In this document: positions 29,290 through 41,500 of the stretch, in pieces
Layout of the letters: each line of letters starts with the position of its first letter
How positions within the stretch are numbered: position 1 is the first letter of the stretch
From: Phoronis australis
Taxonomy: Eukaryota > Animalia > Phoronida
Assembly: GCA_002633005.1 (NCBI GenBank)
Contig: NMRA01000080.1
Span: 35,985 to 99,984 of the forward strand
Direction of reading: 5' to 3'
Length of the DNA stretch: 64,000 nt
Position numbers and translations under genes: made by a program
Notes under the pieces: model-generated
The model's database searches: none
The model's input: only the letters and a program-made list of their open reading frames with translations
What the model was told of the DNA's origin: nothing

Positions 29290-31240
29290 ATGAACAAAAC
29301 AAGTGTACACGCATTGCAAGAGGACCAAACAGAGAACACAGTGATAAGAGTGATTAAAATATAAATGAAAAATTTTCCGTACCTCAAAAATATTTTGATG
29401 AAAAATTCAGTTTTCCTGATAACATCTTTTTGCATAGTTGTAATTAATTTACTTTTACAGCTTTCACACAAACACAATATGTACTTCAGTTTCGACCTGA
29501 CTAGTGTGACAAAGATAGCAAATTATATCATCAAATTCCAGAGAATGAAAACCCTCATTTCAACCCATAACTGTAGGGTTCTGGTTCTAATTTGAGCAAG
29601 AATTGACCTACTAGGCAGAGTTAAGTCCAACTGCACGTAAGGCTTAACTTCAAAACAGAGGTTCTTAACTTTGGTTTCGAACGGCATTCAAACAGCGACC
29701 TTTTACAAGCCAAGGCATTCAAAATATTCTTACAAAGAGAGCGATTAACTGAACTTAAATTATGAAAACAATTCAAAATCTCTAATTCTTCAAAAATTTT
29801 CAAAACTTCGGAAGACCAATTATTAGTACAGGTTTTCTAGTCCTACCAAAATATTTGATATGTTAGTCTATCTTCCTCGAAAATAATAACACGATTCCAC
29901 ATTCTCAAAAGCTCAATTTTCCGCCTAATACTGGAAAATTCCTACCCCAAGTAACCCGTAACAGCATGATTAGAAGCGAATTTGTGAACGCCCAAGAAAA
30001 ATCTCGCGGAATGACATCATAGTAATCTTGTAAATTATAGCCACCCCAAAAGCCTACACTATAGTCGCTAACAGGCACAAGACATGTATTGAATAATGTA
30101 CATGTAGTGAATTTTCTGCACCTCATATTTTTATTATTAAATTTAATAATTAAAGCGCCTAAAGCTCTTCCGGCAGATTCGGAGAGAGTTTTAGCAGTTT
30201 CAAAGAACGTCAAATGTTCATTTAAAGTTACTCCTAAATATTTATATTTGGGTACATAGTCTAGGTATAGTTGACTCAACCGAAACGGATGTTGGCTACG
30301 AGAGACATGCTTGTATCTGAAGTGAATAGTATTAGGTTTCTCTTGCTTGACGATTAGCCACTATTTAGAGCACCGTTTGTCATCTATATTCAATAAACCC
30401 TGTAAATTTTCTTCGCTCTCGGCAAGTACTAACTACATGTATGAGTATTTCATCAGCTAAAAAGAGGAAACATTAGCACCAATAGGAATTCCTAAGTTTG
30501 ATTGTGTTAATTCCGTTGCCAATTCATTTATAAGTATTGCAAAAAGGGTAGGAAATAAAACGTCTCCATGTTTGACCCCACAAATAAAACCAGTCCTTAA
30601 AGGTATCATTAATTTTAAGACATGATTTCATTTCGGCATGGATTTTTTTAATCGATTCATCCAGCATTTTAAAAAGTAAACCATTTGTATCTACACAGTC
30701 AAAGGCTTTTTGTATATCAACGAAAGTCGCAAATGTGGATTGTTTGTTATTCAAAGGGTTACGGATAACCGAGGTCAAAACAGACATGATCAACACATCC
30801 TCGGTCACGACGATAGCCATTTTGCTCATCTACAAGGAGCCCCGTGCTCAACCAGTCCATTGATAACTCGTATACGTTGGACAACAACTCAACGGGACGC
30901 GCGGGTCCTTCTCTGACCCATTTGGAATTGGCACAATAACAGATTTAACCATTAAACTACCTACCATACTGTAACGAAAAACCATTTGGAACAAATAAGT
31001 CAAAAGGTCAATAGCGGTATCATTATTAAATGCTTCATAATATATTTGATCAATTCCTACTGTTTTATTATATTTATATTTCATCACTACACGATTTACT
31101 TCATCGTGAGTAATATTTTCATTCAAAATACTATTAATAAAGCTTACTTATGAAACATGATTTTCCTTATATCATTCTGAAATTTGTGCATACGTGCATT
31201 TCATTTATAAACTTTCCAATTTCCCCACACAATTCTGAGA
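29290..31240 (-). mobile_element. Degenerate LINE (non-LTR retrotransposon) ORF2/RT relic
   Basis: Frameshifted pieces EVNRVV..NKTVGIDQI..E..LFQ..IVPIP..DP, FVDIQKAFDCVD and YKYLGVTLNEHL, plus a C-terminal CYLC..VETEVHIVFVC knuckle. Confidence 0.88.
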
Positions 31241-31547
31241 ACAGGAAATTGTCTTTAGTTAATATATCACGTGAGTGAGTTGTGTTCCGAACAATGATGA
31301 GTCGGTGGAATGTCTCCATTGATGCGCGCCAAAAATTCTAGCGTTTTCTTGAGAAATTTTATCATGATAGCCTTAATTTGCTTGGCCTTGGCATTCGAAA
31401 GAGAATGACAGACCGCTGTGTAGTGGGAGGTTTTGACATTACACCACGAGTTGAGGTGTTGCAGCACAGAATTCCTACTGATCTAAGGCTGCATGGCCGT
31501 TGGAAAGACTGTCAAGTACACGAAGTACAAATTGTGTGGGTGTACCA

Positions 31548-33030
31548 TTTTTATGCGCCCACATGTTTATACGTGGACGCATTATGCCGTCATCTCCGTC
31601 CGTCCTTCCGGCGTCTACCCGTCCCGAGTCCGGCGTCCGCTGATCTATCTCCAAAACCCTTTGACGTACGAACATGAAATTTTGCACATGTGTTCCTATC
31701 ATAGTTGGGACGGCATGAGCGAACATTCGGACGGATCCGACTACCGGTGTGCCCCCTAGTGGCAATTTTAGTTTTTTACGCTTACCTCTATATCTTCAAA
31801 GGTCCTCGACGTTCTTTCTTAAAATTTGGCATATAGGCATCAATTAGTGAGATGACGCTATCCTCCGGTTTTTGGATGGATTCGACGTAGTTTGCCCCGC
31901 CTAGTGGCCATTTTTACTGTTTTCGAGTCTGTTTTATGGCGTCCACCTCTCTATCAACCAAACCGCTCTAAGGATGATTGTGGAAATTGGCATGTATGTT
32001 TTTATTATGAAGAGGAGGGCTAACAATGATTTTCCGACGATTTCGACTACTGTGGCGCCTCCTAGTGGCAGTTTTGTCTCTTTTTGCGCCCGTGACTGTA
32101 TCTTCTTAACCGTTGGCTGGATCTTTACTAAATTCTGCAAGTGTATTTATATGATGTTGACAATGGATGACGACAACTTTCGGACGGATCTGAATACCGG
32201 TGTGCCCCCTAGTGGCAATTTAATTTTTCACGTTTACCGGTGTATCTTCAAAGGTCCTCAACGTATTTTCATAAAATTTGAAATATAGGCACCTATTAGT
32301 GAGATGAAGCTACCCTCCTGTTTTCGGATGGATTTGACGTAGCTTGCGCCACCTAGTAGCCATTTTTACTGTTTTTAGTCTGTTTTTGGCGTCCATCCCT
32401 CTATCAACCAAACCGCACTAAGGATGATTGTGAAAATTGGCATGTATGTTCTTACTACGAAGCTGACGATAATTTTCCAATGAATTCGACTACTGTGGTG
32501 CCTCCTAGTGGCAGCTTTGTTTTTTGCGTTCATGGCTGCATCTCCTAAACGGTTTGCAGCAACTTTGCTAAATTTAGCAGGTGTTTTTATATAATGTTGT
32601 CAACGGATGACAACAACTTTCGGACGGATCTGACAACCACTGTGCCCCCTAGTGGCAATTTTAATTTTTTAGGCTCACCTCTGTATCTTCAAAAGGTCCC
32701 AAACGGATTATCAGAAAGTTTGGAATATAGACATTTACTGGTGAGATGATGCTATCCTCCTGCTTTCGGATGGAATCGAGGTACTTTGCGCCACCTAGTG
32801 GCCATTTTTCCTGTTTTCGAGTCTTGTTTTTTGGCGTCCATCCCTCGATCAACCAAACCATTCTGAGGATGACTTTGAAAATTGATGTATATGTTCGCAG
32901 TGTGAAAAGGACGTTTGGTGATAACGAATTCGACAACTGTAGCGTCTCCTAGTGGTAATTTTGTTTTGTTTTGCGCCCGTAGCTGCATCTCCTAAACTCG
33001 CTGCAGGACCTTTATTAAATTTAGTAATTG
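31548..33030. repeat. Helentron/DINE-like element carrying ~3.3 tandem ~445-bp units, each made of three ~148-bp subunits
   Basis: Starts tttttatgcgccc, then a ccgtccgtcc microsatellite. cggacggatc recurs at ~31729, 32181 and 32621. A cctagt(g/a)g core recurs nine times at ~143-160-bp spacing. Confidence 0.75.
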
Positions 33031-33320
33031 TATTTATACGAAGCTAACAACAGATGGCGACGTCTTCACAAGAGAATAGGCTTCCTCATAGAACCAGTTA
33101 GAAAATACCTCAATGTTATAGACAGCAATAAATCTGGGGCTAAATCAGTCAACACAAGCAGCAGACTTGGAGTGATATTGGTCCAGACTAGCTGCACAGT
33201 TCCCGCAATTGGACAAAGGCAGCGACAAACAGCTAAAGACCATTTGGAAACATCTAAAAACGAAGGCCAGAAAAGATTCTACGTTAGTGAAAAAGGTTCG
33301 AAGAAAACTGGTGAAGGACC

Positions 33321-33542
33321 CAGTGGCGGATCTAGGATATCATGAGGGGGACTAACTTTTTTCATTTTATGACATCTGTGCCCAACACACGTACACACAC
33401 TTAAGTACACACCGACGATTATCCGCAGCATAATGAATGCCCAAAGTTATTTCCGTGTAAATTTTATTTACTTCTTTGCCGTCGGCCAAGTTGGGAAGCA
33501 GGGGGCAGGACCCCTGCCTAGTCCCATTTAAATCCACCTCTG
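33321..33542. mobile_element. hAT-like MITE with 5-bp TSD
   Basis: ggacc|CAGTGGCGGATCT...AAATCCACCTCTG|ggacc. Confidence 0.6.
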
Positions 33543-33946
33543 GGACCACAGGAGTTGGAGCTTAGGTAGAAGAATCAAAGATGGTGTCGCCTGATCGTAA
33601 CGCTTTCGACTATGACACCGTTCTCGATTTTGGGAGCCAATCCGAATGACACCCTGCAACAGCTCTCGGTCTATGTTTGAATACGTGTCGTGCAACACTG
33701 AAAAATAAAAAATAGCTTGTTCTATTGCATCAGCGTCTTTGAGCCGCACGGTTGAGCACACTTCTATTGCGCAAGTGTGCCATCAATTCAACAGTGTTAA
33801 ACTTGGGTCTGACCACGTCTGAAGTTTAACCTGGTTTGAGATCTCAGTACAGGTCTAAGCAGTATAAACCTCGTTGCTGAAATAAAAGCCGATTTGAATC
33901 AGGTCTAAAGTGGAGTTAAACCAGCTAGATCTGGACAGGTGTTTGA

Positions 33947-34860
33947 ATGATTACGATTGTTGAAATCGTCCACACAAAATTTTGTAAAGAAATTTTAAAT
34001 TTGCCTAGAACAGCAATTGCATCGGCTGCTAGAGGTGAGATGAGTCGTTATTCCTTGAATGCAAACCGAATTCCTGGAATTATGAAATATTGCTTAAAAC
34101 TATTAAAAATCGATGCGTCAAAATACATATCAAATGTTGATAAACCTTAACGGGTTAATGATATTAAGGTATTGCTATTTCAGTTTGGTTTTTGAGAAGC
34201 ATGTTACAATCCGGGTGTAGGCTCCGAAACAAGTTTCTTATCACTTTTTAAACAGAGATAGAAAGATATTGATCAACAAATATGGCATGAAATTTTGAAC
34301 AATTAGAATAAGCTGGAAAGTTACACGACTTTTAAATTAAACATATGATTTGAAAATTACTTTCATGTAATTGACAATGTAAACGTTAAATCTGATATGG
34401 AAAGATTAAGATAATCAGCGCCCAAAAAGGGTAGACACTTGAAACTTAGCAGACCAGAAATGTTATTCCCTCTCTGTATTAAGCCATGTGTCGAGTCAAA
34501 GTATCATTTTGTTACCGGATGCCCATTCCACTATGACAATAGGAGACGGTATTTGCCTGCCTGGAGCTCAGTGCTGTGATAAAATAAAAGGTAAGTAGGC
34601 CGGCGCCCAAAGCCCGTCGTATCACCTTGAGCACTGAACGTAACTTGCGGTACGTAGGCCGTTCAAATGCCAAAAGGTGATTGGCCGCGCCTACGTGCGG
34701 CTTCGCCCTACTATAACACTGATGGACCTACAACAATACCGGTGTTACAAATTTTATCAGACTCGTGGCTATGAAGGAAAATGATCTTATAAGATCAACG
34801 TGTAAATATGTTCATTTCGCATCCAATCGAAGAAGAGATGATATTACTGATAGCGTTTGA
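33947..34860 (+). mobile_element. 3' fragment of a LINE ORF2 (decayed)
   Basis: EIVHTKFCKEILNL..A..ARGEMSRY and a PLC..CVESKYHFVTGCP knuckle at ~34465-34530. Confidence 0.7.
34569..34721. mobile_element. hAT MITE, second copy, nested in a LINE relic
   Basis: ctggagct|CAGTG...CACTG|atggacct; shares atcaccttgagcactgaacgtaactt with the 26821 copy. Confidence 0.75.
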
Positions 34861-35540
34861 CACTTACCGATATTGTATTTAATGATTTGATTTTAACAAG
34901 GCCCACCTTTATCACATGCAGATTATCTTTAAACCTGGTTTAAGTCCAATTTAAACAAGGTCTAACTTTAAATCACGCTTATGAAATCGGCTGTTGCAGG
35001 CCAGAACGACGATTAACGGAGATTAAAGAAGGAAAATCGCCTACGCGCTACAAAAATATGTGGCAAACCTCACAATCAGCTGAAAATGCGCTCGGGCGTA
35101 TATTGTACGTTAAATGAACACTAAGCCAAATAAAGCCGAAAATGAAATCAATTCACTTAACCTAATGCAAACTTTTTCTTTTCTATGCAAGCATCTAATA
35201 TGAATTAGGATGACGATCAAATGTGGAATCTATGTGACTGACATTCCGAAACGCTTACATCGACGACAAGACTCCTGTATTCTTATTCTCTTGCATAAGA
35301 GTTCCAGCAAAACCTGGGAGACACGAGTGGAGACAGAGTTTGCTCATCGTCAGTTGCGCTATGAGTCAGACGACGTTTAATTTGCTGCATAAATATTTCA
35401 AACTTTCACTCTGTCTATTCAAGCCCCAGTAGACGGAGCTAGGCGTCTCCGCTGCATCGAGAAATATTTCAGCGAGTCTTCAGAAGAGTTGTGATTTATA
35501 ATTTTCGTATTAATTTGAGACTATAGTGCAAAGAGCGCGT

Positions 35541-35552
35541 TTTCTTTTTTAG
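35541..35552 (+). promoter_or_regulatory. 3' splice acceptor (polypyrimidine tract + AG) 2 nt upstream of the NRPS ATG
   Basis: tttcttttttAG|gtATG at 35541-35557. Confidence 0.7.
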
Positions 35553-35554
35553 GT

Positions 35555-38500
35555 ATGACCAGCAATGAAACAACAAGTTCTGAAGACACTACTGATGGCG
35601 GTGAAGACGACAACCATGCATTCTTCAGAATCAGCCAAAAACATTGCTCAGCAATATCTGACATTGTCTCACCTGCTGGCTACAGCACAATAGAAGCGTT
35701 GGTATGTATTGCGTATGCTGTGCTCATCCGTTATGAAGGCGCCGACAAACCCCCCTCCATTGTCTTGGCGTTCGCTAGTCCACTGCAGGATCAACAAGAA
35801 ACTGACACCTTTTTTCAGAATTACGACGAAAATACTCCTGATGGCGAATACTCAACAGCTCTATTTCCTTGTGATGTCAGTGGTCATATTTTGAACCTGC
35901 TTTTGTCTCAGCGTCTTGAGCTTGAAAAATGGCCTGAAGCGCTTTCTAATTTTAGGCGCAGCAGCCCAAACGTACACATGGCGTTCGATCTTCCGCGCGA
36001 GTTTAGTCGACGTAGACAAAGTAAGCAGTTTGCATTAAAGATCGGCATGGTCCTTCAAATAAATGGCGACTATGCATGTTCAGTGCGTCAAAGCACAAAC
36101 TGCTGTAACAAACACGTGACGAGATTTCAAGATCATTTTCTATCGCTAGTTGCAAAAGTAAACAGCTCTGAAAATCTTAATCTATTCAGCATCCCCATTC
36201 AAACCCAGAAAGAGAAGAAGCTAATCGCTGAGTACAACGCAACCGATAAATTTTATGAAAAGGGCGACTGGCTTATGCATGAGCTTTTTGAAGAAAAAGT
36301 AAGACAACTTCCCGACGCAGTTGCTGTTTCTTGTGCTGATCAAATACTAACATACAGAGAACTAGATGAGCAATCGACCAGGCTAAGTGTCAAAATACTG
36401 TCCAACATGGGAAGTGGATGTTCAAGTCGCTTGGTTGGTATAAGTGTTGATGCATCAATAGACATGGTGATAGCTTTATACGCCATCATGAAAGCTGGTT
36501 TTGCCTACGTACCGCTTGATCCAAGCTACCCAGAAGACAGGCTGAGTTACATGATTGAAAACTCTAACGTTAGTCTTATACTTGCCAAGAAATCAATTTC
36601 TGGCATACTGAGAAATTTTTGCAAAAATGTGCTTTGCCTTGAAGACGTATTGGTAGAATCTGCCAAAGAAAAAGAACTTCAAAAACACATTGTCAACCCT
36701 GATGACATGGCTTACGTAATATACACATCTGGCTCTACTGGTAGGCCAAAAGGTGTTATGGTGAGTCACCGAAACGCAGTTAACACTCTTCTGGACATTA
36801 ACGAAAGATACTCTGTTACTAAAAAAGACAAAATACTTTTGGTTGCGTCACTCAGTTTTGATCTATCGGTTTATGACATCTTTGGCGTCTTAGCTGCAGG
36901 GGGAACAGTTGTCATTCCAGTTCCGGAAGTGCGTGGAGTTCCAGATCCCAGCTGTTGGATCGAAACTATGAAAAAGCATAATGTGACAATCTGGGACTCG
37001 GCACCAGCGGTCTTAAGTCTCCTAATGGAATTTATTCTTTCCGAAGACGAAACACTTCCTCTTTCCTTGCGATTATGTATACTAAGTGGTGACAGAATAC
37101 CACTAAACCTCCCCACCCAGTTGGTAGAGATGGTTCCTGGAATTCAAGTAATGAGTCAGGGAGGTGCCACTGAGGGTTCAATATGGTCTATTTATTATCC
37201 AATACAAACCGTTGACGATGATTGGACGACTATCCCGTACGGCATGCCACTTTCCAACCAAAGGTACTACGTTTTGGATGAATTCCTTAATCCTGTATCA
37301 CCTTTAGTAGTAGGAGAATTGTTTATTGGGGGGATAGGTGTTGCCATGGGATACATAAACAATGCTAAAATCACCGACTATCGATTCTTGCCAAGTCCTT
37401 TTATCAAAGGAGAGCGAATCTATAAAACTGGTGATCTAGGCAGACTGCATCCAGCCGGATACATTGAATTTTGTGGAAGACTTGACACTCAAGTTAAAAT
37501 ACGTGGTTTTCGAGTTGAGCTGTCTGAAATTGAATCAGCTTTGATTAGCCAAGAAGGTGTTGCTGATGCGTTGGTCATGAAGGTCAAGGAAAAACTTGTC
37601 GCTTACGTCATTCCTGACCCAAATGTTCGTTTAATCGAAACCGACCTACAACAGAAAATTGCTGTTCAACTTCCATCATATATGGTTCCAGCGTTTGTTG
37701 TATTCATGCATTCATTCCCCGTAACTGCTAATGGGAAAGTGGACCGCCGAGCGCTGTCTGAGGTAGACTTTGGTAAAAAAATCAACGACAATACAGACTC
37801 TCCTCTGCTTGAAAAGAGCTCAGGAACGAAAATAGCATCGTTTACAGAAAGGGAATCTCTTCTTGCTGAAACATGGAGCAAAACATTTAATGTAACGTTA
37901 GAAGAACTTTCACCTTCGTCATCTTTCTTTGAAATTGGCGGTGATTCCATTTCTGCTATGACTGTAGTCGCTGAGGTTCGGAAGAAAGGTTTTAGGATAT
38001 CGGTGCAGCAGGTTTTGGGTAACCCTAGGCTTTGTCAACTTGCCATGATAGCAAAACCAGTCCGGAGTGTTCAAAATGGTGAGGTGCAACATAACTTAAC
38101 ACCGTTTGTCCAACTTACTCCAGCCCAGATTTGGTTCTTTGCACAAGAGTTCAAAAACCCACATTTCTGGAACCAGTCGTTCCTTCTTCAACCAAAGAAA
38201 CAAATTGAAGCATCCCAGCTGACTTCAGCCTTAACCAAACTGATTAGACAGCATGAAATGTTGAGGTGTACGTACACTCAAACATCTGAAGGTAAATGGA
38301 TACAGAAAATAAACGACACAAAGACGCCATTTCTCAGAACCAAAACATTAGAGAACTTGGACATGCTAAACGAAGAATTAGACAAGTTAAAATCGTCTCT
38401 TAATATACACGAAGGCCCTTTATTGGCAGCTGGTCTATTTAATGTCGGCAATGTGCAAAGAATCTTTTTAACAGTTCATCATCTGGTTGTTGACCTTGTT

Positions 38501-41500
38501 TCATGGCGTATCGTCCTCGAAGACCTTGAAAAAATGTATGAAGGACACCAGACTGAAATGCCAAGCATGTCATTTCAAAAATGGTCTTTACGCTTACGAC
38601 AAATGGCCGAGCCCATTATGCGTGATGCATGGCCGAAAGAAACTGAAGCCATGCCTTTACTGATAGATTCTGGAAGTAATTTAATTCCAACATCTAGCTA
38701 CAGAAAGGCAATTATTTCTGAGCTTGATCACAGCGTAACCGCTGCTTTGGTATCCACTGCAAATTCTTCATTCAAAACTAATACTGCAGACATTTTGCTT
38801 GCGTCTCTAATTCTTGCATACAACGAATCGTTTGGGTTAAAGGATCTGCAAATTGACGTTGAAGCTCATGGTCGAGAGCCGGGGTGTGACACAGATGACA
38901 TTTCAAGAACTGTTGGTTGGTTCATGACAATGTTTCCGCTGAAGTTAGAAATCTGCCAGGGTTCTTCACGCGACACCACCATGGAAAACACGCTAAAATT
39001 GGTAAAAGAAAAATTAAGAAATATACCGAATCGCGGGATGCCATTTTGGCTTTTGAAGTTTTTGAAGAACTCCGATGAGACAAAAGTTCAAAAATCAGAC
39101 GTACTTTTCAATTACTATGGTCGATTCGATCAAATTCAAACCAAAAGTGCTTTGTGGGACCTTGCCGACGAGTATCCTTGTGGTGAGGATGAATTCAGTG
39201 CAGAAGAAAAGCTAACACATAAAGTGGTTGTTGAATGTAGTCTGAAAGAAGAAAAACTCCACATGAAGATGTTTTACTGCACTGATATCCACCGAAAGAC
39301 GACTATAGAATCATGGATGGCGAAATGGAAAGAGAGTTTAACAAATCTTGTGTTACACTGCATAAGAGATGACGTCTTTGGATATACACCGTCAGACTTT
39401 CCGTTACTGAAACTTTCACAGCACCATTTAGATGAGCTATTGTCAACAAGACTTGCACAATTGGACCTTGAAGCTGAACACGTTTCCGACATGTATCCGT
39501 GCACGCCCATGCAAGAAGGCTTTTTATTTAGTCTTTTGAAAGATACTGCTGCTTATGTGATACAGAGGTCATGTACTATCAACGGCTCAGTCGACCAGCA
39601 CAAGCTACAAGTGAGCGTTTATAAAGTGATTTTAAGACACGACATTTTGCGAACACGCTTTATTGCGGACAGATTAAATGGCTGCATGCAGATAGTACGG
39701 AAAACTTTCCAACCCCAGTGGACAATTGAGGACTGGTCTGATCTTGAAGAAAACGAACGTTCTAAAAAAGAGATGGAATTCTTACAACATGATCGCTGTT
39801 CAGGTTTTAATTTCTCAGAGCCAATGCTAAGGTTTGCGCTGTTCAGGAATTCCAAAGAAACGTACCGCTTCATTATTTCCTCTCACCATAGTTTAGTGGA
39901 CGGCCAAACGAGTTCATTGATTCTTCAGGAATTAATACTGGCCTACAATGACGCCGTACTGCCGGACTCACCCTCATTTAAAGAATACGTCAGAGAAATG
40001 ATTGATTATAACACGACTTGCTACAAAGCTGAAGGTTTTTGGAGAGAAGAAATGTATCAACTACCTGACCGTGGCAACCTTCGTTTCTTGCCCCCAGAAA
40101 GTCCACAAACGGGGTATGCTGTTATTCACCACTCAACAATGTACGGAAAGGTGGGAGAAATTCAGAAGTATGCAGAGCAGCATGAGGTTTCAGTTGCTAC
40201 CATAATCTGTGCTTCTTGGGCTTACGTAATCAACAAATATTCTTGTGATCCAAACGACGTCATTTTTGGTTTTGTCGTGTCTGGACGTGGGACCTCTCAT
40301 ATTGAAAATATTAACAGATTAGTCGGTGTAACCACAAACACTTTGCCATTCAGAGTGAAGATTCACGACCAACACGTTCCCGAGTGGCTACACTACATCC
40401 ACGGAAAGTTAACAGCTATTCTTGAACAAGAAAAGTCGTCCATGTCAGATATACAAAAATTGTGTGGATTAACTCCAAACGACATACTTTTCGAAACTCT
40501 TGTATCTTACAATACAAGGAACAGAGAAATGGAGTCTTCCTTAAAATCAGCATCTTTCGATGTCTGCGATATCTATGATCATGAATTCACGGAATACCCT
40601 CTCGCACTAGACATTCTCAACAATGGTAATGCTATTGAAATCAAAGCAGTGTACGACAAAGATATTTTGGATGAGTCAGCAGTTGTGCAGATACTCAAAC
40701 AACTAGAAAGAGCCATGTGGTGGATAGCAACAGCGTCAAACGAAACTCGCATAAGCGAGTTTGACATTGTGAGTCCTGAAGAACATAACGTATTGAAAAA
40801 CTTCAATCCAGTCGATAACTATGATCGACAACTGGGGCACTTCAAAGGAGTGCATCAAGTATTTGAAACGATGGTGGAACGCTGTCCCAAAGAGCATAAG
40901 GCATTGATCATGGACGATGCGTCATTAACCTACAGAGAACTCAACTCAACTGCCAACGCTTTAGGTTTACGACTCCGATCTCTTGGCATTTCACGTGACG
41001 AGAAGGTTGGACTTCTCATTGATCGAGGAATAACTATGGTCATCGGAATGCTGGGAATCTGGAAAGCTGGGGGTGCCTTTGTTCCTATTGATGCTGCCCA
41101 GCCGTTGGACCGCCTGCAGTTCATATTGGAGGATTGTGGCTGCCAAATTGTCTTAAACTGCAGCTCCATCGACATAAACTTAGTACCACAGAAACATACG
41201 CATATTAGTTTAAATAGCCATACGCTTGCTACGTACAAAAATCAGAGTGTTTGTAATCTGGAATGTGTCAATGAAGCACGAGACCTTTCGTATATGGTTT
41301 ATACTTCGGGTACAACTGGGCGACCAAAAGGCGCCATGGTTGAACATCGTGGCATAATTAATAGCTTGATGTATAAGTCTGGGGGGCTTCTTGATGTGAC
41401 CCTTCAAACTAAAGTTATGCAGAACTATGCCGTCGGATTCGACGCTGCGGTCTTGGAAGTGTGGACAACACTTTGTCATGGCGGGTGCCTTTTTATTCCT

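Noticed and set aside
31750-32956. CRISPR-like array (conserved short motif with regular spacing)
   Set aside because: The intervening sequences are themselves repeated every third unit, the spacing is ~150 bp, there are no cas genes and the context is eukaryotic.
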